The notes beneath the pieces were generated by a model. It saw nothing but the letters and a program-made list of their open reading frames with translations. It was not told where the DNA came from and did no database searches. 64,000 nt of DNA from Rhina ancylostomus (taxonomy: Eukaryota). Location of the stretch: NCBI GenBank assembly GCA_030265395.1, contig JARFYF010000059.1, positions 18,569,073 through 18,633,072 on the forward strand. Direction: 5' to 3'. A program made the position numbers and the translations under genes. The first letter of the stretch is position 1. The number at the start of each line of letters is the position of its first letter. Positions 25,128 through 38,385 of the stretch are shown in pieces.

Positions 25128-26095
25128 AGGAAAAAAAACCAGTACAGGAAGCTGGCATGACAATAGAAATACAGTAAATATTAGGAAATGAGTTGTAGTT
25201 ATGTAGTATAAATCTTATGCTAATGACTTGATCAAGATGTGTAATTTACAAGCCAAGCAGTTGTCAGAAGAACAGAACTTTAAGGTAAATACACTGCAAA
25301 GTGGCAGCAAGTTAAACATGAACAAAGTACTTAGTACGTGTGGAAAAACTAACAACGTAATTCTAGATCTTTGCAACATGAGCAAATTCATTAGGAGTTT
25401 CTATACAAGGTAAATTTCCTAAATTTAGATAAATATTCAAATGATAAAATAGGTCTGGAATGTGTGTAGGGAACCGAATATGTACTGTTAACATTCAGGT
25501 TTCAGTGAGAATTATTAAATGCTTAAATAATGGTAAAGCTATTATGGAGGAACTCTTCTGTACTTCGTTTTACAGGTAATTCACAACCCCAGGTCCTAAT
25601 TCATTTTGGTTTATACTTAGAGAGTCACAAACTAAATCTGTTGCTGTCCTCAATATCTTCTGGATGGCACCAGGAGTACTTCCTTCCTTAGTAATAATCA
25701 ACAGAAGCTGCAGTGTGGATTTGCTAGAGCCCCATTGCATTACTCAAATAGAGTACACAATGGTTGATGTAGCAATAATTTTTCTAACAACTAAATGACT
25801 AACCAACATTCATTTCAGTGTGGTGGGATACTGTTGGTAAAATGGTCATCGTATTGAGTAAATGTGAAAACTGACACTGCTCTAGGTAAGTGCACACATT
25901 AATTTAGCACTTATTTTACTNNNNNNNNNNNNNNNNNNNNNNNNNNNNNNNNNNNNNNNNNNNNNNNNNNNNNNNNNNNNNNNNNNNNNNNNNNNNNNNC
26001 CACCCAAAACCTGTACTGAAAAGGACACAGACTCTAGTATTAAGTTAGTTAGCATTAAAATTTAAGTGTAAAACAATCAATCTTTGAGTAAACAC

Positions 26096-26101
26096 TTTAT
26101 T
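26096..26101 (-). terminator. KLHL21: Probable KLHL21 polyadenylation signal, implying a 3' UTR of about 3.4 kb
   Basis: AATAAA on the minus strand, with upstream TGTACATA (26143-26150) and downstream TTGTTTT. Confidence 0.5.
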
Positions 26102-28321
26102 TAGTGGAATTTGTATAATGCAACTTCAATATAAACTGCACATATGTACAATAATTCACTGCACTGCAAAGATACACACTGAAAACAAGAAAACCAGGAA
26201 ATAGTGCTCAAAACTCTCAGCAGATGCTAGAGATTTTGAAAGGCAATTGTATTAACTTAAGTGTTCCTTTCTCATCAATATACAAAAGATAATATTCTAA
26301 TTCAGAGTTTGCTTTGGAAAAAAAAAATCTTCCTTGAGAAACAGTTTCTCCACAAGCTGAACTCTGAACCAGCAAAGGCACAGGCTCCACTATCTCCATC
26401 AAGCCACCAGGTGGTGGGACTACTGTTCTTGGCTTCAGTACATTAGGCTAAGGAGGAAGGATAAAGCAAAACTCCTGATTACAGTTAATAAGGGAGGATC
26501 AGTCAGTTCCAGCTGTGATCAAATGACCTCTTAACCTCCAACACTTGCATGAAGTTGATGGAGAGAAAGAATGGATGATTGGCAAACAGTGCCTCAAATT
26601 ATAACCCAGCAAGAGGTAAAACCTCTAGGAGTGAAAGAGACAGACAAGCAAAACACATCTGACATCCTTCCAAACAATTGGTCAGAATACTGTCAGCAGC
26701 AAATTTGTTTCACATTGTGTTCAAGTCACTGAATTATCCACAACATTTACTTTCAAAATCCAAAAGGATCTTCAAATAGCTGGCCAAAAGTTTTCAATTT
26801 ATGATTTATTCCAAACTAGCAACCCTGGAACATTTAATTGCACACTCATCTATTTCCACTAATTTATAAATAATAATACAAGTGTCCCATCCATTCCACT
26901 CATTAGTGGAGACAATCTGGAACAAGCCTTTTTACCAGAAGCAGATCCTATCCTTCTGAATATGGGTAGTGTTTTGATTCAGTATGAAGATTTAGGGGTT
27001 AAATTGCTGAGGAAGTTGAGGACAGTGGGGAAACAGTTTGAGGCAAATTAAAAGACAGCACATGGCCATCTGAGTGAAGGTTCAGAATTTAGAACTGGGG
27101 AATCCAATTTGAGATTCACTCACAGACTGGTGCTGCGAGATTTTAATCTGATTAGATTCAGCCTTAAAATGCAAAAGACAGTACTTTCAAAGGGCCATTG
27201 GTGAAGTCTGTTTGGATTCTATTCTAACCCTTGAATAGACTGAGTGGTCCTTCAAACTGGAACTCACTTCACTTCTCCTTCATATAAAAGAACAATGGAT
27301 TAGATCAAGAGCCTTCATTGAATGGCTGTGCTTTGAGCTCTTTGCTCTATTCCAATACACTCAGAAACAACATCAACAGTAAAAAAAAAGTTAGATGCCA
27401 CATACCTGTGGTAAAACACAGCTCAAATTGTTCAGAATAGAACACCAATTTTAAAGATAAAACAATAATTAGTGCTCTATAGCTTGTAGCAGCAATGGCT
27501 CCCAAGTCTGATTGGGCGAGCAATTGTAGCTTATGCTCTTTAATTATTATTACCATATTGGAAACAGCCCCCATCCCTAACATTCTTGATGCTAAGAAAA
27601 CTTAGGTAGCTCAAATCAGTTCCAACTTTCACATCTACATCTGGTGTCACATATTCAATTAACATTTTATTGGGCAATTTGTGCACACAAATTAGCTGCC
27701 CAAATTATTGCCCTGCTTATAAAAACACTTCAAGAAGTACTTGGTTGCCAGTAAGCCCCTTTAGTGTTTCTTAGGTTATGAAAGATCTGATATGAATCCA
27801 AATCTTTGGTAAATAGTGAATGGCAGAAAGCTAGTGGGNNNNNNNNNNNNNNNNNNNNNNNNNNNNNNNNNNNNNNNNNNNNNNNNNNNNNNNNNNNNNN
27901 NNNNNNNNNNNNNNNNNNNNNNNNNNNNNNNNNNNNNNNNNNNNNNNNNNNNNNNNNNNNNNNNNNNNNNNNNNNNNNNNNNNNNNNNNNNNATATCAAA
28001 AATCTTTATAGGAGTTGCAGTACAAGGCCAAACCCAAATGTAATCAAGATTTGGCCACATTCAGTCTCACTCACCCACCCACCCCCACACCACAAGTTTT
28101 GGTTTTCGACCTACAGTACAACCTTGCTGTAACATTCAGTTTCACTGGAGGGTCCAGCACCTTGGTAGTGTGTTGCACACTAACTGACATATTTTTAAAT
28201 AGAATCTGCAATGCCATGTGACAGACAGACCACCTGTTGCATTTTGTATTCATAGAATCAAAGTACAGTAAGTGGCCATTCATCCCATAATTCCTATGCC
28301 AGCATTAGAGCATTCCAATTA

Positions 28322-28658
28322 CAGTAGAGTTCTATTAATCGGGCACCCTGGTGCTGCTACTGGCAGATTTTCTGAATTATTGGATATTATTCCAAATACT
28401 CCAAGACACATTTAATTCACTTTTTTTTTAAAAAAGCGCTGATTATGCTGTTGTAATAATAAATTTTTCAGCAAAAAAGGGAGCACGGGAACCAGGGCCC
28501 CAAAAAAAGTGCTGATTATGCTGTTGTAATAATAAATTTTTCAGCAAAAAAGGGAGCACAGGAACCAGGGCCCCAATGTGATTAAAGGAGGCACAGGTAT
28601 CAGCATTCACTGAGTCATTTGCCAAACTATCAGATAGTAGATTATCAGAGTTATACTG
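28322..28658. mobile_element. Tigger/pogo-like MITE with TA target-site duplication
   Basis: TA-CAGTAGAGTTCTATTAATC ... GATTATCAGAGTTATACTG-TA form imperfect TIRs. A second family member lies at 42021-42590. Confidence 0.65.
28430..28575. repeat. Tandem duplication, 2 x 73 bp, near-identical copies
   Basis: GCTGATTATGCTGTTGTAATAATAAATTTTTCAGCAAAAAAGGGAGCAC(G/A)GGAACCAGGGCCCC starts at 28438 and again at 28511. Confidence 0.9.
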
Positions 28659-29475
28659 TAGTCCCACTTTCTTGCTCCTCCCTCACAGCCAGCCCAGCAA
28701 CAACAGCCCCAGAGTTTAATGACAACATTAACCATTATAGACATTTGGGCTGGAGATCAGCACTAAAGGAAGCCCTAAGTTTGTGACTTACTCAAGCTCT
28801 GGTTTCATGGTTGTTTTTGTCCAATCTGGATGATTGGACTCAATTTCTTATTAGAAAAAAGGCATCATATCCCCTCACCATCTCTCCAATGGAGCACTAT
28901 AGCAAGATTCTATCTCCCTAAAACATTAAAGATCCCATATTATTTGGTGTTCTTGAGTGTCCTATCACCCTAATATTTCCTCCCTCAGACATCATCACTA
29001 ATTATTAACCACATTCCTGTTCATGGTTTTTGCTGTGCACAGAATGGTTATTTCATTTTTCTACATTGCTGGAACTTCAAAAGTAAATTGATTGCAAGTG
29101 AAGCTTCTACTGGATATGATCTGGAGCTACATAAAGACAGGTTTTCTTTCTTAACCAATGCTTTATAACAAGCAATAGTCCAGGAAGACAAAACTTACAT
29201 CTCCCTACTTGTAGTGAAACCCTAGAGACTAATCAAACCAGTAGCCAATGGTAGAGAGGACCCAGGCAAAATTAGCAAACCAAGGTAAAACCAAATTCAG
29301 TAGGACCAGTGACTGCTGGTTGTGACAACAAGGACAACTTTTAAATGAAATTAGGGAAGACGATCATTAAATTGACACAAGGCAGTTCACTATTGGATAG
29401 CAATCTTTTGGAAGAGGGGAACAGAGCTTCAGAGCGGGTTTCACTGTACAGATCTTAGCCATCATTCCAATCTGG

Positions 29476-29787
29476 TCAGTGCAAAAGGCGGAGGTTCTCA
29501 TTGTGAAGATGCCTTCGATACCGGGCTAGATTTAGACTGTTTATTTCATTGTTATGGTTGTCATTGACAGTGCCCTCGAAGGCAACCCGGGCAGTGGGCA
29601 TGAACTGCCGGAAGATGCTGACAGACCCGTGCCAGAAGGTAGGTTGAGGAAGATGACCCATAATGCTCCAGGAGCCAGTCTGAAAGTCAAAGGCCTCAAT
29701 TACATCAGATAATTCAAAGGTGTTATCATAGCCTCCGGAGACGACCAGCTTTCCTCCCAGAGCAGCCACACTTCCCCCAACATGGAC
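29476..29787 (-). CDS. KLHL21: KLHL21 last coding exon ([29 protein letters not shown]...[16 protein letters not shown]...LRLLH*)
   Basis: Acceptor TTTTATCCCAG. Kelch repeat and the KLHL21 motif [14 protein letters not shown]. Stop TGA. Joined CDS is 1818 nt, i.e. 605 aa. Confidence 0.95.
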   Translation of the reverse strand, partial: VHVGGSVAALGGKLVVSGGYDNTFELSDVIEAFDFQTGSWSIMGHLPQPTFWHGSVSIFRQFMPTARVAFEGTVNDNHNNEINSLNLARYRRHLHNENLRLLH

Positions 29788-30175
29788 CTGGGATAAAAGA
29801 CAAAAAACAAGACTGAGCATACTCAGTGCAGGGAAATGTAACAGACTGCTCAAAATTTGTTGCAGAGAATCTCTGTAACTTAACTACCTCATACCCCACA
29901 AACTGAAAATTCACATCCCCATTTTCAAATTCCCTCCATGGTCCTGCCCCAGTTTTCTAACTTCCTCCAGTCTTACAAGTAGTTCCTCTTTCCCACCCAT
30001 TTCCCCCCTTTTGAACCCTCCTACATTTCTTTTCTTCCCACTATAGTCCCAGATCTCAAGATGCATTTGGTCTTAAACTAATGCAAAAGCTTGACGGACT
30101 CTAGAGATTCAACATCATTGTGCACACCAGATGAACAGTCCCAACACTGTACATTCTCGCCTGTTCCATTTGTAC

Positions 30176-30248
30176 CTGATTCATTGGTGGGATCTTGTCC
30201 CATTCATTCTTTGTTGGGTTATAGACATCAACCTCTGAAGAATCATCC
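30176..30248 (-). CDS. KLHL21: KLHL21 coding exon 3 ([24 protein letters not shown])
   Basis: Acceptor TCTCTTCAG, donor CAG|GTACAA, 73 nt, phase continuous. Confidence 0.95.
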
Positions 30249-32711
30249 CTGAAGAGAAAGAGGAATAGACTGTCTTCAATAAAATCAAGAACCATCAGCC
30301 CAGAGTAAAATTCCCAACAGAATGTGCACCCACAGACAGACACCCCAAATAAAAACTCTCCAACACAAACTGCCCGTTTCTTATCCCTCCAGCACTTACA
30401 ATTATTTGGCATTTTCCACAACCTCAAGAATATCACTTAATAGATTTTGATTGTTGCAAAATATAGACATAAATGAAATATGGCAGCTAATTGCTCACAG
30501 GAAGTTTCCACAAACAATAATGAGATTGTTAAAACAGAGTTAGTAATACTAGTTGAGGGATTAATATTAGCTCAAGACATCAGAGTCAGACACAATTCCC
30601 TGATATGACAAACTGGCTTCAATTATTATTCACAATAGCCATTATCACATCTATGATAATAAATGCTGGTATTGAAGTCATTAATTAAACTTGTGAGTGT
30701 TGAAACATTAGGAATAACTTTAAGAACTCCTATCTGTTAGTTTAAGAGACACTAATTGGGAGCTGTCCCCACCACTCAGTTAATAGATGCAGGATCTGCT
30801 CCACTTTCAGGCTATTTTAATATCTGCCAAAGTGGTGCCAACTGGACTCAGTACTGTCATCTTGAGGCAAGGGGTAAACACTGGGGTCCTTCAGGTGCAC
30901 CTCTCACCCCAGTCTGTGTGTGGATATCAGGCTCAGATGTAATCCCACATCCCTGTTACACACTCCCTTCCATGATTCAAAAGCCCATCAATACTCCTGT
31001 GCATATTCATAGCCAGTACCAGTGCTGGAGCAGACCTTGGGGGTGGGATAAATGGACCGCCAAAAAAATTGATCTAAATCAGAACTCATGCAGTAAGCAA
31101 CGTGATTATATTACAGACATTTGCTGCTTGTGTCCCTTTCAGACCCACTTGTTTACATCATACTATGTTGAAGTGGCAGGTGTGTTACTTCAGGGTTAGC
31201 AGTGAGGAGAGACATGCTTTTTATTTAAGGACAAATAATTTTATCTGGAAGGCACTACTTGATGGTGTGGTGGAAGCAGAATTAAGGTAGCTTTAAAGGA
31301 GAACTGGATAAACACTATGCAGGCTGAAGTTCAGGGTGAGTGAGAATATTTTTTTCAAAAGAAAAAACTCTTTCAAAAGAATTAGCACATGTGCAATTAT
31401 ACAGCTCCTACTGCGCTGTATAATTCTCTGAAACTGGCAAAGCTCATGATATACAAAAGAAGCCAGATAACAATAATCAAGAATTGTTTGATTGTGGGTA
31501 AAAATCTTAATTGTTGGAGCAACTTGTAGACCTGATACAGACTGGTCAATAGAAACATGGTAAACAGAGTAATTAAGTCACAGGATCCACCCCAGTGACT
31601 TAAATAGACAACACTATTTTACATCCCAAAGCCATAAACCTCACAGCTCACCCTTCAACACATCACATTGACCAATTACCCTAGGGATTGTAATACAAGG
31701 GAAATACAGATTAAACTGTGCTGCTGACCAGCTATATCCAAAAGTCACTACCAGACACTCAACAACTGTAACAGTGACCATACTTCATTGGCTGAAAATG
31801 CTTTGGGACATCCCAAACTCATGAAAGACAATAAAAATGCAAGTTCTTTCTCCTCAGTAATTAAGAACTAATCCCCAGGACAACCCTTCCCCAACCTCCA
31901 GGCTAATTCAATCGAAATACACCCAGTTAATCAATAGAAGAGAATATAAAAGAGTATTTCTTGGTTTTGGCCTAAATCACAGGACAAGGCTCATAGACTG
32001 TCTTTGGGGAAACTCTGGGCTCAGATGATGTTGGAAATGGGCAGGTGGTGGTGGTGGTGGTGATGATGATGGGAAAGGAAATCATGGAACAACTCACAGG
32101 AACAATGCAAGTGATGCAGCCCCATGTGCAAACTTCACCCACTTCCATGGAGGGATACTGGGAAAGTTGTATTTACCATACATCATAATCACAAGTTGAT
32201 GTGAATGACCATTGCCTTGGCCTTCAATCCCACAAGAAACCCATTAAACGTAGCCATTGGAGCTAGATCACATCATCACCACCCTCAAAATCCTGGAGCA
32301 GAAGGCATCAATTCAGCCCCTCATACCTGTACCTCTTGCTGAAATAAGGAATCTTGAATTGGGGAGTACATTCCAGGAGGTGCTGGAAATGAATCAATGG
32401 GAGATAATTTTTCTTTATTCCATCTAGTTACATTAACATGCATCTGCTGAAGCTAAACATATGTGGTGGAGAGAGATGGGGTATGGAAGTATTTGGGGGT
32501 GGGGGGGTGGGCTGTGGGGCAAGCAGATTCATGGAAACTGGGGGGGAGAAATAAAATGTGAACCCTACACCCGGCCAAGGAAGATTACTCCCCATAAATA
32601 GATGGCAATATTCACACACGAATGGGAATTTCACCCTCAATAGTATCTGGCACCTACTTACAGACAACCTCCTTACTCCATACCTTACAGCACAAGTCAT
32701 TTCAAACTTAC

Positions 32712-33117
32712 TGGACAAAGTATATTAATCCATTGAGAGTCACTGTCTTTGGCACAAACGACCACGGAGGCAATGAGCCACACGTCACCATACTCCACAA
32801 GTCAGTCTCAGGGTCGTAGCACTGAATGGCCATCGATTCCTTGCCAGCAAGGGTTCCAATGGTGTATAGCTTGCCCCGACAGGCTGTGCTTGAGCAGTTG
32901 TCCATGGGAAACGGCATTGGCTGAAGGGCCTCCCAGCTGTCGACAGAGTGATCGTAGCGTTCCAAGCTGTTATGGGCGAGGATGTAAATGTGTCCCTTGA
33001 GCACAACAGAGCTGTGATACTCACGGGCCTGCAGCATGGGCGAAACCTCAGTCCATTCATTCACACTGGAATTGTATCGCCATACACAGTCGTATAATGA
33101 TGTCCCATCAGAACCAC
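32712..33117 (-). CDS. KLHL21: KLHL21 coding exon 2 ([37 protein letters not shown]...LNGLIYFVQ)
   Basis: Acceptor TTAATAG, donor CA|GTAAGT, 406 nt, Kelch repeats. Confidence 0.95.
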
Positions 33118-33189
33118 CTATTAACCAAAATTAGACACAATAAGGATCTAACAGTCACCAACTGTTCCTTCCCATTCCAGAACCACGCA

Positions 33190-33570
33190 TAAGCTGTGGT
33201 TCAACAGAAAGCACTCAGTGGGAGTCAGACCCTATTTGCCAGTCTCATTCAGGAAGGCTCAGAACTGATATACTAGTGTAGTGCTGAGACAGTGCTACAT
33301 GTCAGAGGTACTGCCTTTTGGATGAAATGTTAGAGCAAGTTGGTAACTTGGGTAGCTGATACTTTCTTGAAAATAAAATCAGCTCTTCAGTGTTCTGGCA
33401 ATCACCCAACATCTCTGAGCCTAATATTTTTTGTTAAATCACATTGCTCTATTTGGGAGTTTGGTGAAAAATTGGCCACAGCAACTCCCTCTTTGCAATG
33501 GTGACTACGTTTGGGGGGAGGTGGGGGGAACCTTACTGCGTACAAGATGTTTTGGGATAGCCCAGAGGGA
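33190..33570 (+). mobile_element. Deu-domain SINE (SacSINE1/AmnSINE1-like), decayed
   Basis: GTGTAGTGCTGAGACAGTGCTACATGTCAGAGGTACTGCCTTTTGGATGAAATGTTA...ATCACATTGCT...TTTGGGAG resembles the Deu-domain SINE body. Related copies at about 6770-7040(-), 13620-13990(-), 27000-27130(-), 28950-29150(+), 37610-37950(+), 61140-61400(-) and 63220-63325(-). Confidence 0.55.
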
Positions 33571-36166
33571 CTAAAGAGTATTTTTTTCCTCCCCCACCCA
33601 GTTTTCAGCGTGGGCCTGGAAACCTATCACCATGGAAACATCACAATCAAACTTGATGGGTTCGCAGCACAAAGAGGCCACTCCAGTTATTGTACCTGGG
33701 ATGGCTTTAAACAAAAATCTAAAGCTTATCCCACGGTTCTATCAAGACCTGTATCTTTCTCTGTTTCAAATATTTATCCCATATTCCCTTAAAGGATGAA
33801 TGCCTCATGAGCAATCCTCCGTGTAAAGAGAGTTTCCTCTCACTGGCTGTTTGATAACCTCACCAACCAGAGAAACTGGTTATCAAAAATTTAAAAACAT
33901 CTTCAATCATTTGATATTCTCCTTCTCCCAGTGAACTGACTCCAGTATCTTGGGTGTCTTCTACAGAACTCCATCCCTTGCTTTCATTTAATGGGGTTTC
34001 TGAACCTTCCTTTGATCTTCATCTCCCTGATCATTTCTGGAAACACAGAATGGTTGGCACCAAGTTCAAATAACCATCAGCAGCAGGAACTCTGGTTGAG
34101 ACCAGACCTGTCAACTCAGCACAGATCTTCAGTATATTCTGGACTTAGAGCCCAGGCCCAGAGGTGTATGGTCAGGGGGTAGCTTTAGGTCCGTGCTGCT
34201 TTGGCAGGCTTGGACTCCACCACCATAGCTATCTCTCTGACTGTTCATTCGATTTCCTCCAGCAGGACTTGACTCCTAACCCAAAGATTCCTCCCCAGCC
34301 CTGGGTGGTCAAGTGCAAACACGACATACCAGGCAATGGACCTTCAGCAGACAGAAGTTCAGGGAGGTGGAGTAAAAATCACCCCACACACTAGCCAACC
34401 ATTTCCCAGCACAGCCATGAGAGTCTATGGAAGGATGGTTTACTTCATGCCTCATTGCTGGCTGCTGATTAAAAATAAATTGTGTTCCCCAGAGTAAAGA
34501 TAGTCACATGCCCTGAACATAATGGCACGATCTGTATGTGGAGTGAGCACTGATGCAACAAGGACAGAAATAACAGGACAGCATTTTCCAGCAACATTAC
34601 GCTCTGTCTCAGAACTCCTCTACCTCTGTAACGTTGGCTGTGCAGTTAAATGGTGCACTTAAAAATGTATATTAAGTTCTGCCTGACTATTGTGGACAGA
34701 ACTGGAACTCACGAATCCTGGTCAGCCGTAGATATGAACAGTCTATCAAGAACCTTGTACTGAAAAGCTAAAGACTACTTCAGAAGTTGTCTCCCAATTG
34801 ATCAGTTTAGATTTTAGCATATTACATATTTGGGTGGCTGAGAGTCTAGGAAAGTACCAAAGGAGCCATTTAACTGCCCAGGGGATGGGGGATTAAACAC
34901 CATGATCAAGCACAACTGGAGGCCATTGGGCCCAAAACAAAAGAGCTAGCCAATTAACCGACTCACCTGCTCTTAGCCCACAGCCTGCAACCTTTTCCCC
35001 CTGCCTCCCTGCCTTCAAGAATTTACCCAATTTGGTTTTGAAAGTTACTACTAAATCTGCTTCCACACCATCCCCTGCCCCCACCCCCATCCTTCAACAC
35101 CCCCACTACTACCCCCAGTTTGAAGGCAACACATTCTGGAGCAGAATATCTCACTTCATAATAAAGTTATCATCTCAGTCTCTGGTTCTTGTGTCAATTT
35201 CCTCAAGTCCATGTCCTTTGGTTTCCTCCCAAGCAGCAGAGCAGTTTCTCCTTACTCTACCAAAACCCTTCATAAGTTTTAAAAACCTTGATTAAATCTC
35301 TTCTTAAATTATCTCTCTGAAGGTACCCTCAATTCCCTCCACAAAGATGAACAGAGATTTTGTTTACGTGAGAGCTAGAGCCAGAGCCAGGCCATTCTGG
35401 AGTGAAATGAAGGAAGGTTTTTCATTCAATAGATCAAGGAAATCTCATTCCTCCAAAATGCTATGAATCCTGGAAACCCGGGAGTGGGTCTATGGCTCTT
35501 TGAAAGGTACATCACAGGCACAACAATCATCTTCTGTGCTGCTAGATTGTTTGAGCTACATTTTTGTCGGTTGGAGATGCCAAGGGCTGTGGGTCAAATG
35601 CTGGGATTGCAGTGTTAATCAGCTACAACACACGTCAGGTAGACCCAATCCACAACCTGAAGCTTGACCTATTTGATGGAGAGGTCTGGATATTCTACTG
35701 TGCACGAGCAGTCGAGGGGTTGGAAGAGTCAGAAATTAGAGACTGTGGGAGAGGATCTCTGTGTTGGGTAATCCTCAGACTTTCTGATTGTGGTCAAGGT
35801 TAGAGCAGGCCCTTCAGCAAGCTGAAGCAGGTCTCTGGATAAATACCTGCTTCAGTTACTTGTTGACCTTGTACACAGTAGATTTTGTGCAGGTGCTGTC
35901 AAGTTAGCATTGGATGCCATCTGAAGTCGATGTACAGACCCAGTGATCTCTGTGAACTGGGTACAATTCTGGCCCATGGTCATCTACTCAGAATTGGAAA
36001 ATATATGCCCCTCAAAGCCCACGTGCAGGCATCCTGACTTAGATGAACAGACAGAGGGGGTTGAATGAGCCTGCTGCTGTTGCTATGGCAGGAGCAGTAA
36101 AGCACTATGCTAGCCACGAGGCCCTGTGAGACAGCGCTGGGCCAGACACGAACTCCAAATACTTGC

Positions 36167-37193
36167 CAGTTACATAGATGTCATTGCCGAAGGCAGTGAT
36201 GCTGTAGCCACCAGCCAGGTGGTCAGGGAACTCAGCGAGGTATCGCCACTGGCCAGTCTGTGGGTTGAAGCAGTCCACCGTTACCAGCTCGTCACAGTCC
36301 TTGTCACAGCCGCCCACCACCACCAGGATCTCGGCCAGGCCGGTGGAGGGGCGAGCCCTCATCCTCTCGCAGGGGTAGTCGTGCCGGTCGTACTCAGACG
36401 ACTGGAAGGCCCGGGCCTGGTGGATGAGCTTGAGACAGAATGGGGAGTAGTAGACGAGTGGGTCGCTCTCTACGTAGGCCAGCAGGTAGAAGCGGCGGAT
36501 GAAGGGCAGGCGCACGTGCTCAAAGAGTTCGGGCCAGAAGCGCAGCCGGCGTTTGGGATCAGCCTTGACCCACCGCAGGGCCAGCTGGTAGGCCACCTCC
36601 TCCTTGTCGACGTGCAGCCTGTCGTCGGACAGGTACTCAAGCAGCCGGCGCTGAGGCAATGCCTCAAACTCCTTCTCCTCCGACAGCTCAATGATATGGC
36701 GCAGGATGAAGCTTTTGGCGCTCTCGGCCAGGCTCCTGCACGCGTAGGCCTCGGCGAACTCCTGGATCTCCAGGCAGTTGGTCACATCCAGCTGGCGCTC
36801 CAGGTAGGCGCAGCATGCCTCCTTCACTGAGTGGAACTGGAAGAGGTCAGCAGCTCGGGCCAGAGGCTCCACGTTACTCTGGGTGACGGTCACCTGGCCG
36901 GTGTAGGAGAAGTCCAGCAGCAGGCCCAGGATATCAGCCTTCACCCCGTGCAGCTCCACCCGCTCAGCGTAGCTCTCCTTCAGCCGGCCAGCGAACATGG
37001 CCTTGAAGTAGTGGCTGGCTGCCGCTAGCACAGTGCGGTGACAGGGGAAGTCCTGGCCGTCCACCCAGAGGGTCATGTCAAAAAACTTGCGCTCCACTCG
37101 CAGCTCATTGATGCCTTGCAGAATGTTGAGGGCATGACTGGGGTCGAAGAAAGGCAACACCGAGGCCTGGGTTAGCATGCTCGGCCTTTCCAT
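36167..37193 (-). CDS. KLHL21: KLHL21 coding exon 1: BTB, BACK and first Kelch repeat
   Basis: MERPS...[30 protein letters not shown]...[46 protein letters not shown]...GNDIYVTG matches KLHL21. 1027 nt, ending at the non-canonical donor G|GCAAGT. Confidence 0.96.
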
Positions 37194-38139
37194 CCTGACG
37201 GAATGGAATCAAATCATCTGCAAAAATCAGAGAGAGCGAGGGGTTATTACGGAGCGAGTGGGGCCTCAGCAGCTTTATAGCTGACTTACTCATGTGGTGC
37301 GTTATATTTACCAGCAGCCACGCCAGGTGGAACTTATAAATCATGCTGACACCGCTTGTATTCAATGGATTAAAACTTGGCCAGCTGAAACTTGTCAACA
37401 ACCCAATACTCCCAGCTCAGTCACACAACACAGTCACGGAACAACTCCATGCCCTTCCAGATCCCATCTCCTCCTGCAGAGTGACAGGAAGCTTGCATGG
37501 AGCACAAATACAATGCAGATCCATTGGGCTCACGGCTCCGAGTTCAATGCAATACTTTCTCTTCGTTGTTAAGCAGCATTAACTGTGGCTCCATGCAAAC
37601 ACTCCCGGAGTGGTGGGGTTCAGTTCTACTCCAGTCCTGAGTAGAAGTATCAAAGGTGACACCCCAGCACACATTGAGGGAGCAATCCACTATCAGATAA
37701 GACATTACAGCTACCAGAGAGGCAAGGGTTTAAAGACTCCCACAGTACTTTTCAAAGAACAGCAGAACTCCCTGGTTATCTGACTGATACTCATCACTCA
37801 ATCAACCTCTCCAAACACAGATTCTTTAATTACTTTTGGATCTTTGGACGAGCAGATTGACTGACATGTTTCCCAAATCATAACACTGCCACATTTCATT
37901 AACTTCATTAACTTGAAGCACTTCAGGATGTCCAAAGTCCTTTTTCTATAATAGCTTGCCTTGATGGAGCCTGAATAAATTCAATAATCCCATGGTAAAC
38001 TCAGGCTCAATCACATAGATGCAACCACAGTACACACCTCCCTTCTTTTTGGGGGTGTTCCCTCGACACTGGGATAACTCGAATACATTCAAGTCATCAG
38101 TCAAAGCCTCCTTTTTAAAAAAACTCTTCCAGAAAGTTG

Positions 38140-38385
38140 GCAACTCCAACAATGCAGCACACCTATTGTAGTAACAGTCTGCCGGAGGAACTCAGCAGGG
38201 GAAAGGAATTGTTGACATTTTGGGACAAAACCCTACATCAGGACAGAGTGCAGAGGGAAGATGGCCAGTGTAAAGAGGAGGATGCAGGATTGTTGCAGGG
38301 TCCCTATCCCCCGCCTCAGATGCTGCTCAACCCACTCAGTTCCTCCAGCAGATTGTTGGTCCAGATTCCAGCATTGGCAGTCTCG
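38140..38385. mobile_element. Penelope-type terminal-repeat element with inverted ends
   Basis: CTGCCGGAGGAACTCAGC at the left, CTCAGTTCCTCCAGCAGATTG...CCAGATTCCAGCAT at the right. Confidence 0.6.

Noticed and set aside
28430-28575. Direct repeat considered as a CRISPR-like array
   Set aside because: Only two adjacent copies with no spacer, in a eukaryotic genome and inside a MITE.
36126-36830. 234-aa plus-strand ORF antisense to KLHL21 exon 1
   Set aside because: It is the mirror frame of a GC3-rich coding exon, where stops are depleted. It has no ATG start and no recognisable domain.
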